Shown: positions 19,749 to 27,482 of the stretch, piece after piece
How the letters are laid out: each line of letters opens with the position of its first letter
Numbering within the stretch: position 1 is the stretch's first letter
Source of the DNA: Gammaproteobacteria bacterium
Lineage (GTDB): Bacteria; Pseudomonadota; Gammaproteobacteria; Natronospirales; DASSBR01
DNA: 64,000 nt
Direction: 5' to 3'
Assembly: GCA_035701285.1 (NCBI GenBank)
Contig: DASSNT010000016.1
Location: 724 to 64,723 of the forward strand
Notes under the pieces: generated by a model
Told to the model about the DNA's origin: nothing
Seen by the model: only the letters and a program-made list of their open reading frames with translations
Databases searched by the model: none
Program-made: the position numbers and the translations under genes

Positions 19749-19845
19749 TCCCCTCTCCCTCAGGGAGAGGGCTAGGGTGAGGGGAGTTGATTTAACCCCT
19801 CATCCCGGCCTTCTCCCTGAGGGAGAAGGAGTAAGAAGAGAAGGG
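19749..19845. repeat. Family C composite hairpin element, copy C2
   Basis: 'cccctctccctcagggagagggctagggtgagggg...cccctcatcccggccttctccctgagggagaagg'. Fills the nuoL-nuoM gap and ends 8 nt before the nuoM ATG. Confidence 0.85.
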
Positions 19846-19853
19846 GCCGCCGG

Positions 19854-21326
19854 ATGCTTTTAGCGTGGCTGCTAATCGCCCCCGCCGCCGGCGGCATCCT
19901 CGCCTGGATAGCCGCGCCGTACGGAAAACAGTGGGCGCGGTGGATATCGCTCGCGGCGATGCTCGCCGATCTCGCGATCGCGATTCTGTTGTGGATGCGG
20001 GGTGGCCCGGCGATCGACATCGGCCCGCAGGGCGGCTGGCTGACGCAGTTGCAGCTGCCGTGGATTCCGTCGCTCGGCATCAGTTTTCATCTGGCACTCG
20101 ACGGCCTCAGCCTGCTGATGGTGCTGCTGACGGCGATCCTTGGCGTCGCCTCGGTGCTGATCTCGTGGCGCGATATCGACGAACGGGTCGGCTTCTTTCA
20201 TTTCAACCTGTTGTGGAGCATTGCTGGTGCGCTCGGCGTTTTCCTCGCCCTCGACCTGTTCCTGTTCTTTTTCTTCTGGGAACTGATGCTGGTGCCGATG
20301 TATTTTCTGATCAGCATCTGGGGACACGAGAACCGCACCTATGCGGCAATCAAGTTTTTCATTTTTACCCAGGCCAGCGGCCTGCTGATGCTGGTGTCGA
20401 TCCTGGCGCTGGTATTCGTGCATCACGGCTCGAGCGGCGTTTACACCTTCGACTACTTCAGTCTGCTCGGAACGCCGATGAACTGGTGGACGTCGATCTG
20501 GCTGATGCTCGGATTTTTTATTGCCTTTATCGTCAAGCTGCCAGCGTTCCCGTTTCATGTCTGGCTGCCGGACGCGCATACGGAGGCGCCGACCGCCGGC
20601 AGCGTCATCCTGGCGGGCGTGTTGCTGAAAACCGGCGCCTACGGTCTGATCCGGTTCGTCGGGCCGCTGTTTCCGGACGCCGCGCACTGGTTCAGCTTCA
20701 TAGCGATGTTGCTCGGCGTGATTGGCATTCTTTACGGCGCATTTCTCGCCTTCGCACAGACGGACTTCAAGCGGCTGGTAGCCTACAGCAGCATCAGCCA
20801 TCTCGGCTTCGTGCTGCTCGGCATCTTCGCGTTTAACGCCATCGCGCTGCAGGGCGCGGTGATGCAGATGGTCGCGCACGGCATCAGCACCGGCGCCCTG
20901 TTCATGCTGGTCGGCGTGCTGCAGGAACGGCTGCATACGCGCGACATGCGCGAAATGGGTGGGCTGTGGCAGGCCGTGCCGCGGATCGGCGCGGTGACGC
21001 TGTTCTTTGTGCTGGCGTCGCTCGGGCTGCCCGGGCTCGGCAACTTCGTCGGCGAGTTCCTGGTGCTGCTCGGCTCGTGGCCGGCGAACCTGGCGCTGAC
21101 GGTGGTCGGCGCGTGCGGACTCGTCGTGTCGGTCATTTACTCGCTGGCCATCATGAAGCGCGTGTTCTTCGGTCCGCGCAGCGGCACGGGCATTCTGGCG
21201 GACATGGGCGTGCGCGAGTTCACCGTCATGGCGCCGATGATCGTAATCCTGGTGTTGCTCGGCTTCTACCCGCAGCCGCTGTTCGACATTCTGCAGCCGA
21301 TGCTCGGCGGGGTGTTGCCGCCATGA
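19854..21326 (+). CDS. nuoM: NADH-quinone oxidoreductase subunit M
   Basis: 490 aa. 'FFFWELMLVPMYFLI', 'FPFHVWLPDAHTEAPTAGSVILAGVLLK'. Confidence 0.95.
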   Translation: MLLAWLLIAPAAGGILAWIAAPYGKQWARWISLAAMLADLAIAILLWMRGGPAIDIGPQGGWLTQLQLPWIPSLGISFHLALDGLSLLMVLLTAILGVASVLISWRDIDERVGFFHFNLLWSIAGALGVFLALDLFLFFFFWELMLVPMYFLISIWGHENRTYAAIKFFIFTQASGLLMLVSILALVFVHHGSSGVYTFDYFSLLGTPMNWWTSIWLMLGFFIAFIVKLPAFPFHVWLPDAHTEAPTAGSVILAGVLLKTGAYGLIRFVGPLFPDAAHWFSFIAMLLGVIGILYGAFLAFAQTDFKRLVAYSSISHLGFVLLGIFAFNAIALQGAVMQMVAHGISTGALFMLVGVLQERLHTRDMREMGGLWQAVPRIGAVTLFFVLASLGLPGLGNFVGEFLVLLGSWPANLALTVVGACGLVVSVIYSLAIMKRVFFGPRSGTGILADMGVREFTVMAPMIVILVLLGFYPQPLFDILQPMLGGVLPP

Positions 21327-22771
21327 CGCTCGCCGATCTTTATACAATCCTGCCGTTCGACGTGATGACAGTCGGCGTGGTCGTCGTGATGCTGGTCATC
21401 GCGTTCTATCGCCATCACGCGCTCACGCTCGGTCTCACGTTGCTGACGATCGCGGTGGCGTTCTACTGGCTGTTTCCAACCGGCGCGATTTTGCCGCGCC
21501 AGGTGACGCCGCTGTTCATTATCGATGCGTACGCGTGGTACTACGGCGGCATGCTGCTCGTTACCGCGGCGGGTGTCGCATTACTGGCGTACGCGTACTT
21601 CCATGAGCACGGCGGGGTCAGGGAAGAGTTTTACGTCCTGCTGCTGACCGCGACGCTGGGCGGCATGGTGCTGGCCGCCAGCAGCCATTTTGCCTCGCTG
21701 TTTCTCGGGCTCGAGCTGCTGAGCGTCAGCCTGTTCGGTATGGTCGGGTACACCGTCCGTCGCGCCGGGCCGCTGGAAGCGGCGCTGAAGTATTTGATTC
21801 TGACGGGCTTGTCGTCCGCGCTGCTGCTGTTCGGCCTGGCGCTGATTTACGTGACGCTCGGGACGATGCAGTTCGGCGTTATCGTTCGGGTGCTTGCCGT
21901 AAGCAACACCCTGAACGATCCCTACATGTTGATCGGCCTGGCGCTGATCGTCGTCGGCCTCGGCTTCAAGCTGTCGCTGGTGCCTTTTCACATGTGGACG
22001 CCTGACGTCTACCAGGGCGCGCCGGCGCCGGTTACGGCGTTCATCGCAACCGTATCCAAGGCCGCCGTCTTCGCGGTGCTGTTGCGCTACTGGGTGGAGA
22101 TCGACGCATACCGTTTTTCTACGGTTTATCTGGTCCTGACGATTATCGCAATCGCGTCGATGCTGGCCGGAAACCTGCTCGCGCTGATGCAGCACAGCGT
22201 CAAGCGCATCCTGGCGTATTCATCGATTGCGCACCTGGGCTATCTGCTGGTCGCCTTCCTCGCAACCGATGGCCAGGCCGTATCGGCGGTAAACTATTAT
22301 CTTGCTGCCTATGTGTTGACCAGCCTGGGCGCATTCGGCGTGGTCAGCGTGCTATCGTCATCGGATCGCGACGAGGCCGACGATCTTAACGATTACCGCG
22401 GCCTGTTCTGGCGGCGGCCGCTGACTGCCGGGATTTTTACCGCGATGCTTCTGTCGCTCGCCGGCATACCGTTCACCGCCGGCTTCATTGCGAAGTTTTA
22501 CGCGCTCGCCGCCGGCGTCAGCATCGCAAGCTGGTGGCTGGTGTTCACGCTGGTCGCCGGCAGCGCGATCGGGCTGTTTTACTATCTGCGCATTATCGTT
22601 GCGCTTTATGCCACGCCGGCCGCGGTGGGTGGAACGGGCAGACGAACACACGCCGGCGCAGCAGTGGCCGGTGCGCTGGCCCTGGCGGCATTCGCAGTCG
22701 CCGTCGTATGGATCGGCGTCTATCCCGATCCGCTCATTCGTTTCATTCAGCAGGCAACCACGTTGACTTGA
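21323..22771 (+). CDS. nuoN: NADH-quinone oxidoreductase subunit N
   Basis: ATG 21323 (ATGA overlap with nuoM). 'VPFHMWTPDVYQGAPAPVTAF', 'KRILAYSSIAHLGY'. The listed ORF 20966.. is an extension inside nuoM. Confidence 0.93.
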   Translation: MTLADLYTILPFDVMTVGVVVVMLVIAFYRHHALTLGLTLLTIAVAFYWLFPTGAILPRQVTPLFIIDAYAWYYGGMLLVTAAGVALLAYAYFHEHGGVREEFYVLLLTATLGGMVLAASSHFASLFLGLELLSVSLFGMVGYTVRRAGPLEAALKYLILTGLSSALLLFGLALIYVTLGTMQFGVIVRVLAVSNTLNDPYMLIGLALIVVGLGFKLSLVPFHMWTPDVYQGAPAPVTAFIATVSKAAVFAVLLRYWVEIDAYRFSTVYLVLTIIAIASMLAGNLLALMQHSVKRILAYSSIAHLGYLLVAFLATDGQAVSAVNYYLAAYVLTSLGAFGVVSVLSSSDRDEADDLNDYRGLFWRRPLTAGIFTAMLLSLAGIPFTAGFIAKFYALAAGVSIASWWLVFTLVAGSAIGLFYYLRIIVALYATPAAVGGTGRRTHAGAAVAGALALAAFAVAVVWIGVYPDPLIRFIQQATTLT

Positions 22772-22786
22772 GGGCAGGATGCAATC

Positions 22787-23167
22787 ATGACCGAACCTGG
22801 AAAGGATTATCCCGAAATGTCTCATCTCGATCCCGACGCGCGCAGGCGCGCGACGGAACTGGCGCATCAGCTAAGCGACGAAGGCTACCCGGAGCAGCAA
22901 GCGGTCCGGACGGCTGTTCAGCGCGTGACCGCCGAGGCGCAGAGAACATCGGGCCAGCACGCGGCCGATACCGAGGCGGAAAAGTATGTGACGCCGCACG
23001 AGGAAGGCTGGGCGGTGGTGTCGCCGACGGGTGAACATCAGACTGCGCTTTATGCGACGAAGGAAGAGGCGCTCGAAAAGGCGCGCGAGGTCGCCCGCAA
23101 GGAGCATTCGCGGGTTCACGTGCAGGGCGCGGATGAGCACGTGGAGGATCCGGGCGGCGAGGTGTGA
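22787..23167 (+). CDS. Small acidic hypothetical protein, C-terminal half DUF2188-like
   Basis: 126 aa. C-terminal 'EEGWAVVSPTGEHQTALYATKEEALEKAREVARKEHSRVHVQG' resembles the DUF2188 pattern (W.V...S..F.TK.EA...A). Family assignment from memory only. Confidence 0.6.
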   Translation: MTEPGKDYPEMSHLDPDARRRATELAHQLSDEGYPEQQAVRTAVQRVTAEAQRTSGQHAADTEAEKYVTPHEEGWAVVSPTGEHQTALYATKEEALEKAREVARKEHSRVHVQGADEHVEDPGGEV

Positions 23168-23202
23168 CCGTTCAAAATCGCTTTGGAGTGCCCAGCCCTC
23201 GC

Positions 23203-23592
23203 TTATAGAGACGCCCGCCGCCGCGACTCGAACTCGTTTTCGTGTTTCTCCTGGCACTCCAGACAGCGAAGCGCCGTCGGTTCGGCCTGTAGCCGTTCAA
23301 GCCGGATCTCCCGGCCGCAGTCTTCGCAGAGGCCATACTGGGAGTTGTCGAATTTGATCAAGGCGTGTTCGACCGCCTCCATTTCCCGCGACTCCGTTTC
23401 GATGCGTTCGAACTCGAGCCCCTTGATCAGGTCGTAAACCGAAGCTTCACCAGCATCGCGCACACGATGTGCGATATCGCGATACTGGTCTTCCTCCGCT
23501 TCCGCCAGGTGCCGTTCAATTTCCTCGCGCACGGCCTCGCGGCGCTCGCGCAGCGTATTTTCCAGTTCGGCATAGTCTTTGTTGTCGCGCAT
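23203..23592 (-). CDS. DksA/TraR-family C4 zinc-finger protein
   Basis: Start at ATG 23592 ('MRDNKDY'); the listed ORF to 23997 overlaps the upstream gene. Coiled-coil region then 'CEDCGREI-x17-CLECQ' (CxxC-x17-CxxC). Confidence 0.85.
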   Translation of the reverse strand: MRDNKDYAELENTLRERREAVREEIERHLAEAEEDQYRDIAHRVRDAGEASVYDLIKGLEFERIETESREMEAVEHALIKFDNSQYGLCEDCGREIRLERLQAEPTALRCLECQEKHENEFESRRRASL

Positions 23593-23614
23593 GTCGTACC
23601 TCTCGATGTGGTGA

Positions 23615-24529
23615 TCAGGCGCGCCGCCGGGCATGGCGGCGCTGCAGTTTATCGAGCCGTTGGCCTGGTGCGCGCAGATTGGCGGCGTTGCGGTTGATGT
23701 CCCGCCAGGGATCCTGTTTCTGCCCCAGGCGGCGAAAAATATTCTTGACGCCGTAGCGGTCGGCACGCAGCTTCGCGTCGTCCAGCGCGTCCCACTCGAT
23801 CGGCGTCGCCACAGCCGCGCCGGAATTAGCTCGAACAGCGTAAGGCGCGACTGTGGTCTGTCCGTAGGCATTGCGGTAGGTGTCGATAAACAGGCGCCCG
23901 CCGCGCTTGTTTTTGCGGTGTTCGGTGGTGACTTGCTCCGGTGCGGTGCTGGCGACGACGTCGGCGACGCCACGGGCGAACTCCCGTGCCGCAGCATAAT
24001 CGGCGGTCCGATCCAGCGGCACGACGACGTGCAGCCCGCGCGAGCCGGTGGTCATCAGGTACGCGACCAGCCCGATATCGAGCAGCAGTTCGAACATCGA
24101 GCGGGCGGTCGCGCGGACAACGTCGAAGGTGGTGTCGGGTCCCGGGTCGAGGTCGAAGACCAGGCGGTCGGGACGATCCGGCCGGTCGGCCTGCGACAGC
24201 CAGATGTGCGGCACGCAAACCTGGCTGGCCAGGTAGACGAGCGCGGCCGGTTCACGACAGACGCAGTAGTCCAGTTTCTCTTCCTTGCCGAGGTGCACGC
24301 GCTCGATCCAGCCCGGAAAATAGTCGGGCGCGTTCTTCTGGTAAAAGCCCTCGGCGTCGGCACCGTCCGGAAACCGGTATAGCGTCAATGGACGCCCCAG
24401 GATATGTGGCGCCATCACATCGGCAATGCGCGCGTAGTAGTCGATGAGGTCGCCTTTAGTCAGCCCGGCCTCCGGAAATAGAAGCTTGTCCCGGTGGGAG
24501 ACCTCGATTTTGCGATTGCCGATTTTCAT
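23615..24529 (-). CDS. Stand-alone LigD-type polymerase/primase (AEP) domain protein
   Basis: Start at ATG 24529 ('MKIGNRKIEVSHRDKLLFP'). 'LVFDLDPGPD' metal site, 'TTGSRGLHVVVPL', 'GRLFIDTYRNAYGQTTVAPYAVRA'. No ligase or Ku ORF anywhere in the window. Confidence 0.85.
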   Translation of the reverse strand: MKIGNRKIEVSHRDKLLFPEAGLTKGDLIDYYARIADVMAPHILGRPLTLYRFPDGADAEGFYQKNAPDYFPGWIERVHLGKEEKLDYCVCREPAALVYLASQVCVPHIWLSQADRPDRPDRLVFDLDPGPDTTFDVVRATARSMFELLLDIGLVAYLMTTGSRGLHVVVPLDRTADYAAAREFARGVADVVASTAPEQVTTEHRKNKRGGRLFIDTYRNAYGQTTVAPYAVRANSGAAVATPIEWDALDDAKLRADRYGVKNIFRRLGQKQDPWRDINRNAANLRAPGQRLDKLQRRHARRRA

Positions 24530-24637
24530 AAAAAAATGATAGCGGTTGCCGCAGTGCGGCCACACCGGGGTACGCCCTAGTTGAACCCGCACGCGCGAAT
24601 AATTGCGCCCGCTGCTGCCGTAAGGTACAAGGGGTGC

Positions 24638-25576
24638 ATGGAGAGTTCATCAAGACTGGTCGTCTTTGCCGCACTGACCGGCAACGCGATCATCGCCGTC
24701 ATCAAGTTCATTGCGGCGCTGTTGACGGGCAGCGCCGGCATGTTTTCAGAAGGCATCCATTCCGTTGTCGATACGGCGAATCAGGGCTTGTTGCTGTACG
24801 GAATGCACCGCGCCAAGCGCCCGCCTGACGAGGAGTTTCCATTCGGTTATGGCAAGGAGGTTTACTTCTGGAGCTTTGTCGTCGCGATCCAGCTGTTCGG
24901 AATCGGCGCGGTGTTTTCGATCTACGAAGGCGTGCAGCACATCATTTACAAACCGGAAATCGACGATGTCCGCGTCAGCTACATCGTCCTCGGGCTGGCA
25001 CTCCTGTTTGAAGGGTCGACGTGGGGCTTCGCGGTATTCAATTTTGCAAAGGAGAAGGGCCGCCGAACCTACCTGGAAGCCGTTCGCCGCGGCAAGGACC
25101 CGACGATGTTCATGGTGCTGTTCGAGGACACCGCGGCCATCTCCGGCATTGTGGTCGCATTCCTCGGCGTGTTCCTGACGTCGCGGACCGGCATCGGATG
25201 GTTCGACGGCACCGCCTCCATCGTGATCGGCTTGATTCTCGGCGTGACAGCCGCCTTGCTGGGCCGCGAGGTAAAGGGCCTGTTGATCGGCGAGAGCGCC
25301 AATCGCCCGGTCGTCCGCGGCATTCGGGAGCTGGCGCTGTCGTTTCCGGAAATCAAGGCGATCAACGAAACGCTGACCATGCATGTCGGGCCGGACTTCA
25401 TCCTGGTCAACATCAGCGTCGCGTTCAAAAACGACCTGCGCGCCATCGACGTCGCGGATGCCGCGGCGCGGCTCGACCGGGAAATCAAGCAGCGATTTCC
25501 GCACGTCAAACGCGTCTTTATCGAAGCCGAGAGCGGCTTCATGCCGACCGCGCGCGCCGTCAACCCGGAGGGTTGA
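24638..25576 (+). CDS. Cation diffusion facilitator family transporter
   Basis: Start ATG 24638 ('MESSS'). 'GSAGMFSEGIHSVVDTANQ', 'FPFGYGKEVYFWSF', six TM helices plus C-terminal cytoplasmic domain. Confidence 0.85.
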   Translation: MESSSRLVVFAALTGNAIIAVIKFIAALLTGSAGMFSEGIHSVVDTANQGLLLYGMHRAKRPPDEEFPFGYGKEVYFWSFVVAIQLFGIGAVFSIYEGVQHIIYKPEIDDVRVSYIVLGLALLFEGSTWGFAVFNFAKEKGRRTYLEAVRRGKDPTMFMVLFEDTAAISGIVVAFLGVFLTSRTGIGWFDGTASIVIGLILGVTAALLGREVKGLLIGESANRPVVRGIRELALSFPEIKAINETLTMHVGPDFILVNISVAFKNDLRAIDVADAAARLDREIKQRFPHVKRVFIEAESGFMPTARAVNPEG

Positions 25577-25597
25577 AAGACACGGCGGCGAGTGCCG

Positions 25598-25858
25598 CTA
25601 AGCTCTCCCGCGGCGCGCCAGCATACGGTAAATAATCAGCAGCACAATCGCGCCGATGACGGCGATGATGAAGCTGCCGAGATTAAACCCGGTGACGCCG
25701 CCCAGGCCGACCGCCGTGCCGATGAAGCCGCCGATCACTGCGCCGACGATGCCCAGCAGCGTGGTGACGATAAAGCCGCCGGGGTCCTTGCCCGGCATCA
25801 GCAGCTTGGCCACTGCACCGGCAATCAGGCCGAATACGATCCAGGTGATGATGCCCAT
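25598..25858 (-). CDS. GlsB/YeaQ/YmgE (transglycosylase-associated) small membrane stress protein
   Basis: Start ATG 25858 preceded by AGGA. 'MGIITWIVFGLIAGAVAKLLMPGKDPGGFIVTTLLGIVGAVIGGF' is the family signature. Confidence 0.85.
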   Translation of the reverse strand: MGIITWIVFGLIAGAVAKLLMPGKDPGGFIVTTLLGIVGAVIGGFIGTAVGLGGVTGFNLGSFIIAVIGAIVLLIIYRMLARRGRA

Positions 25859-25868
25859 ATCCGTTCCT

Positions 25869-26030
25869 TTATCGGGTGACGATGATGTAAATGGCGTGAA
25901 TGACGCCCGGAATATAACCAAGGATGGTCAGCAGGATGTTAATCCAGAACTGCGGACCGATACCGACCTGAAGAAACACGCCGAGCGGCGGAATCAGGAT
26001 AGAGATGATGATGCGGAGCACGTCCATCAT
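25869..26030 (-). CDS. Pmp3/YqaE-family proteolipid (53 aa, below the ORF-track size cut-off)
   Basis: Hand translation of the minus strand gives MMDVLRIIISILIPPLGVFLQVGIGPQFWINILLTILGYIPGVIHAIYIIVTR*. AAGGA sits 9 nt upstream. The start overlaps the DUF2254 stop as ATGA. Confidence 0.8.
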   Translation of the reverse strand: MMDVLRIIISILIPPLGVFLQVGIGPQFWINILLTILGYIPGVIHAIYIIVTR

Positions 26031-27433
26031 GGGCTACGTCCTTGTTTGTGTGCTTGAGTCATATTTAAGCAGATTTGCCGGGCGGGCGGTAAATCCGCTT
26101 CGCAAATCCGGAGGTTCCGCAGCACGCTTTGGTACGCTTCCTGGGCGGACAGCCGGTCGTGCGCTTCGCTCAACCCTTCATCGGCGCCGCGCCGGATCAG
26201 CGCGGCCTGCAGCGCCACGGCGCGGCGCTGGTCCCCGTTCTGCAGCCGGGGGGCCAGTTCGCGCAGGGCATGCAACATCTGCAGGGTCACGATGACGCTT
26301 TCGCGCGAATAGTTGCGGACCGGCGTAAATGCGGCGCCGACCACCTCTTCAAAACCGACCGGCTCGATGATCAGGCGCACCTGGCCGTTGGCGTCGCACT
26401 GAAATGCGGACGGTTCTTCGCGCACGGCCAGGCGGCCGATGCCGGCGCCGATCCGGTTGACGCAGTCCAGCGCCGTGAACGGGTCGTTCAAGGCCGGCGA
26501 CATTGCACGCACGGCGATTTCCGCGATCTGGTTGAACGCAAACCGCAGGTCCTGGACCGGCGTGCGGTGCTTGCCGATCACCATGCTCTGGCGGACCTTG
26601 CCGGCCAGTTTTCTATCGCAGCGGCGGCTTGGTGACACCCGCGCGATCGGGGTGCCGTCGAACAGGTAATCGCCTGGCCGGCGCAGCATCTCGATGACGA
26701 CGTCGCACTCCGTGGCCAGGATGGTCAGTCCCGTCGTGTCGAGCGTCTGGATGTAGCCTGGACCGGCGCAGTGCACAACCACGCTGTCGTCGTCGAGCTG
26801 CCGGCGCACCGCCTGCATTGCTTCTGCGTCGATGGTGTGGCGGACGTCGCCCGCCCGCGGCGGCCACGCCCGGTCGATCGTCAGATCCATTTCCTCGCCG
26901 ACTTCGGCGATCACCGACGGCGCCGCGATCATTTGCGCGATGTGGTGCGTGAAATAGATCAACGTCGCACCGGCGGTGACCGCCAGATAGAACGCGATGC
27001 TGACCGATAGTCCCGGCACCGCGGCACCGGCGCCGGCGTCGCTAACCGCGTAGAGCACGAGCAGGGCGTAAATAAAGGTAGTGACGAAAATGCCGAACGC
27101 GAACTGCGTCGGCTTGTCGCGCATGAAGCTGCGCACGAGACGGTGGCCGAACTGGCTGGTGGCGAGCGTGAGAACCACCGCCACGGTCGCAAATGAGAGA
27201 CTGGCGATCGCCACCATCGTCTGGGCGATGACCGTCAGAATTGTTTGCGCTTCGGCAAACCCGCCCGAGTAGATCACGCCGTTTCGTTGCAGGACGCGAA
27301 CCCAGTGGCTCGTATTGAACGCGTCGGCCAGCAGGTACAGCCCGATCCCGCCCGCCATCATCAACCCCGGCAAAAACCAGAAGTTGCGGAGCAGGGTGTC
27401 GACCAATTTAAGGAGTCGGGCTCGCATGACCAA
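26027..27433 (-). CDS. DUF2254-family membrane protein
   Basis: 468 aa. N-terminal 4-TM region ('FWFLPGLMMAGG', 'SLSFATVAVVLTLATSQFGHRL') followed by a large soluble domain. Family call from memory. Confidence 0.75.
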   Translation of the reverse strand: MVMRARLLKLVDTLLRNFWFLPGLMMAGGIGLYLLADAFNTSHWVRVLQRNGVIYSGGFAEAQTILTVIAQTMVAIASLSFATVAVVLTLATSQFGHRLVRSFMRDKPTQFAFGIFVTTFIYALLVLYAVSDAGAGAAVPGLSVSIAFYLAVTAGATLIYFTHHIAQMIAAPSVIAEVGEEMDLTIDRAWPPRAGDVRHTIDAEAMQAVRRQLDDDSVVVHCAGPGYIQTLDTTGLTILATECDVVIEMLRRPGDYLFDGTPIARVSPSRRCDRKLAGKVRQSMVIGKHRTPVQDLRFAFNQIAEIAVRAMSPALNDPFTALDCVNRIGAGIGRLAVREEPSAFQCDANGQVRLIIEPVGFEEVVGAAFTPVRNYSRESVIVTLQMLHALRELAPRLQNGDQRRAVALQAALIRRGADEGLSEAHDRLSAQEAYQSVLRNLRICEADLPPARQICLNMTQAHKQGRSP

Positions 27434-27482
27434 AAGCTAGCATATTGGCGAACAGGGCGCTCAGCCGGTAAGCTTGCGCCGC

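Noticed and set aside
10372-19845. Possibility that the recurring palindromes are a CRISPR array.
   Set aside because: The copies are kilobases apart and separated by essential genes. They belong to different families, are not regularly spaced with unique spacers, and no cas genes are present.
23615-23997. Upstream extension of the DksA/TraR ORF (23203-23997), which would give a 264-aa protein overlapping the LigD-Pol gene.
   Set aside because: The extension runs out of frame through the well-supported LigD-Pol coding sequence. The DksA/TraR homology begins at the internal ATG 23592.
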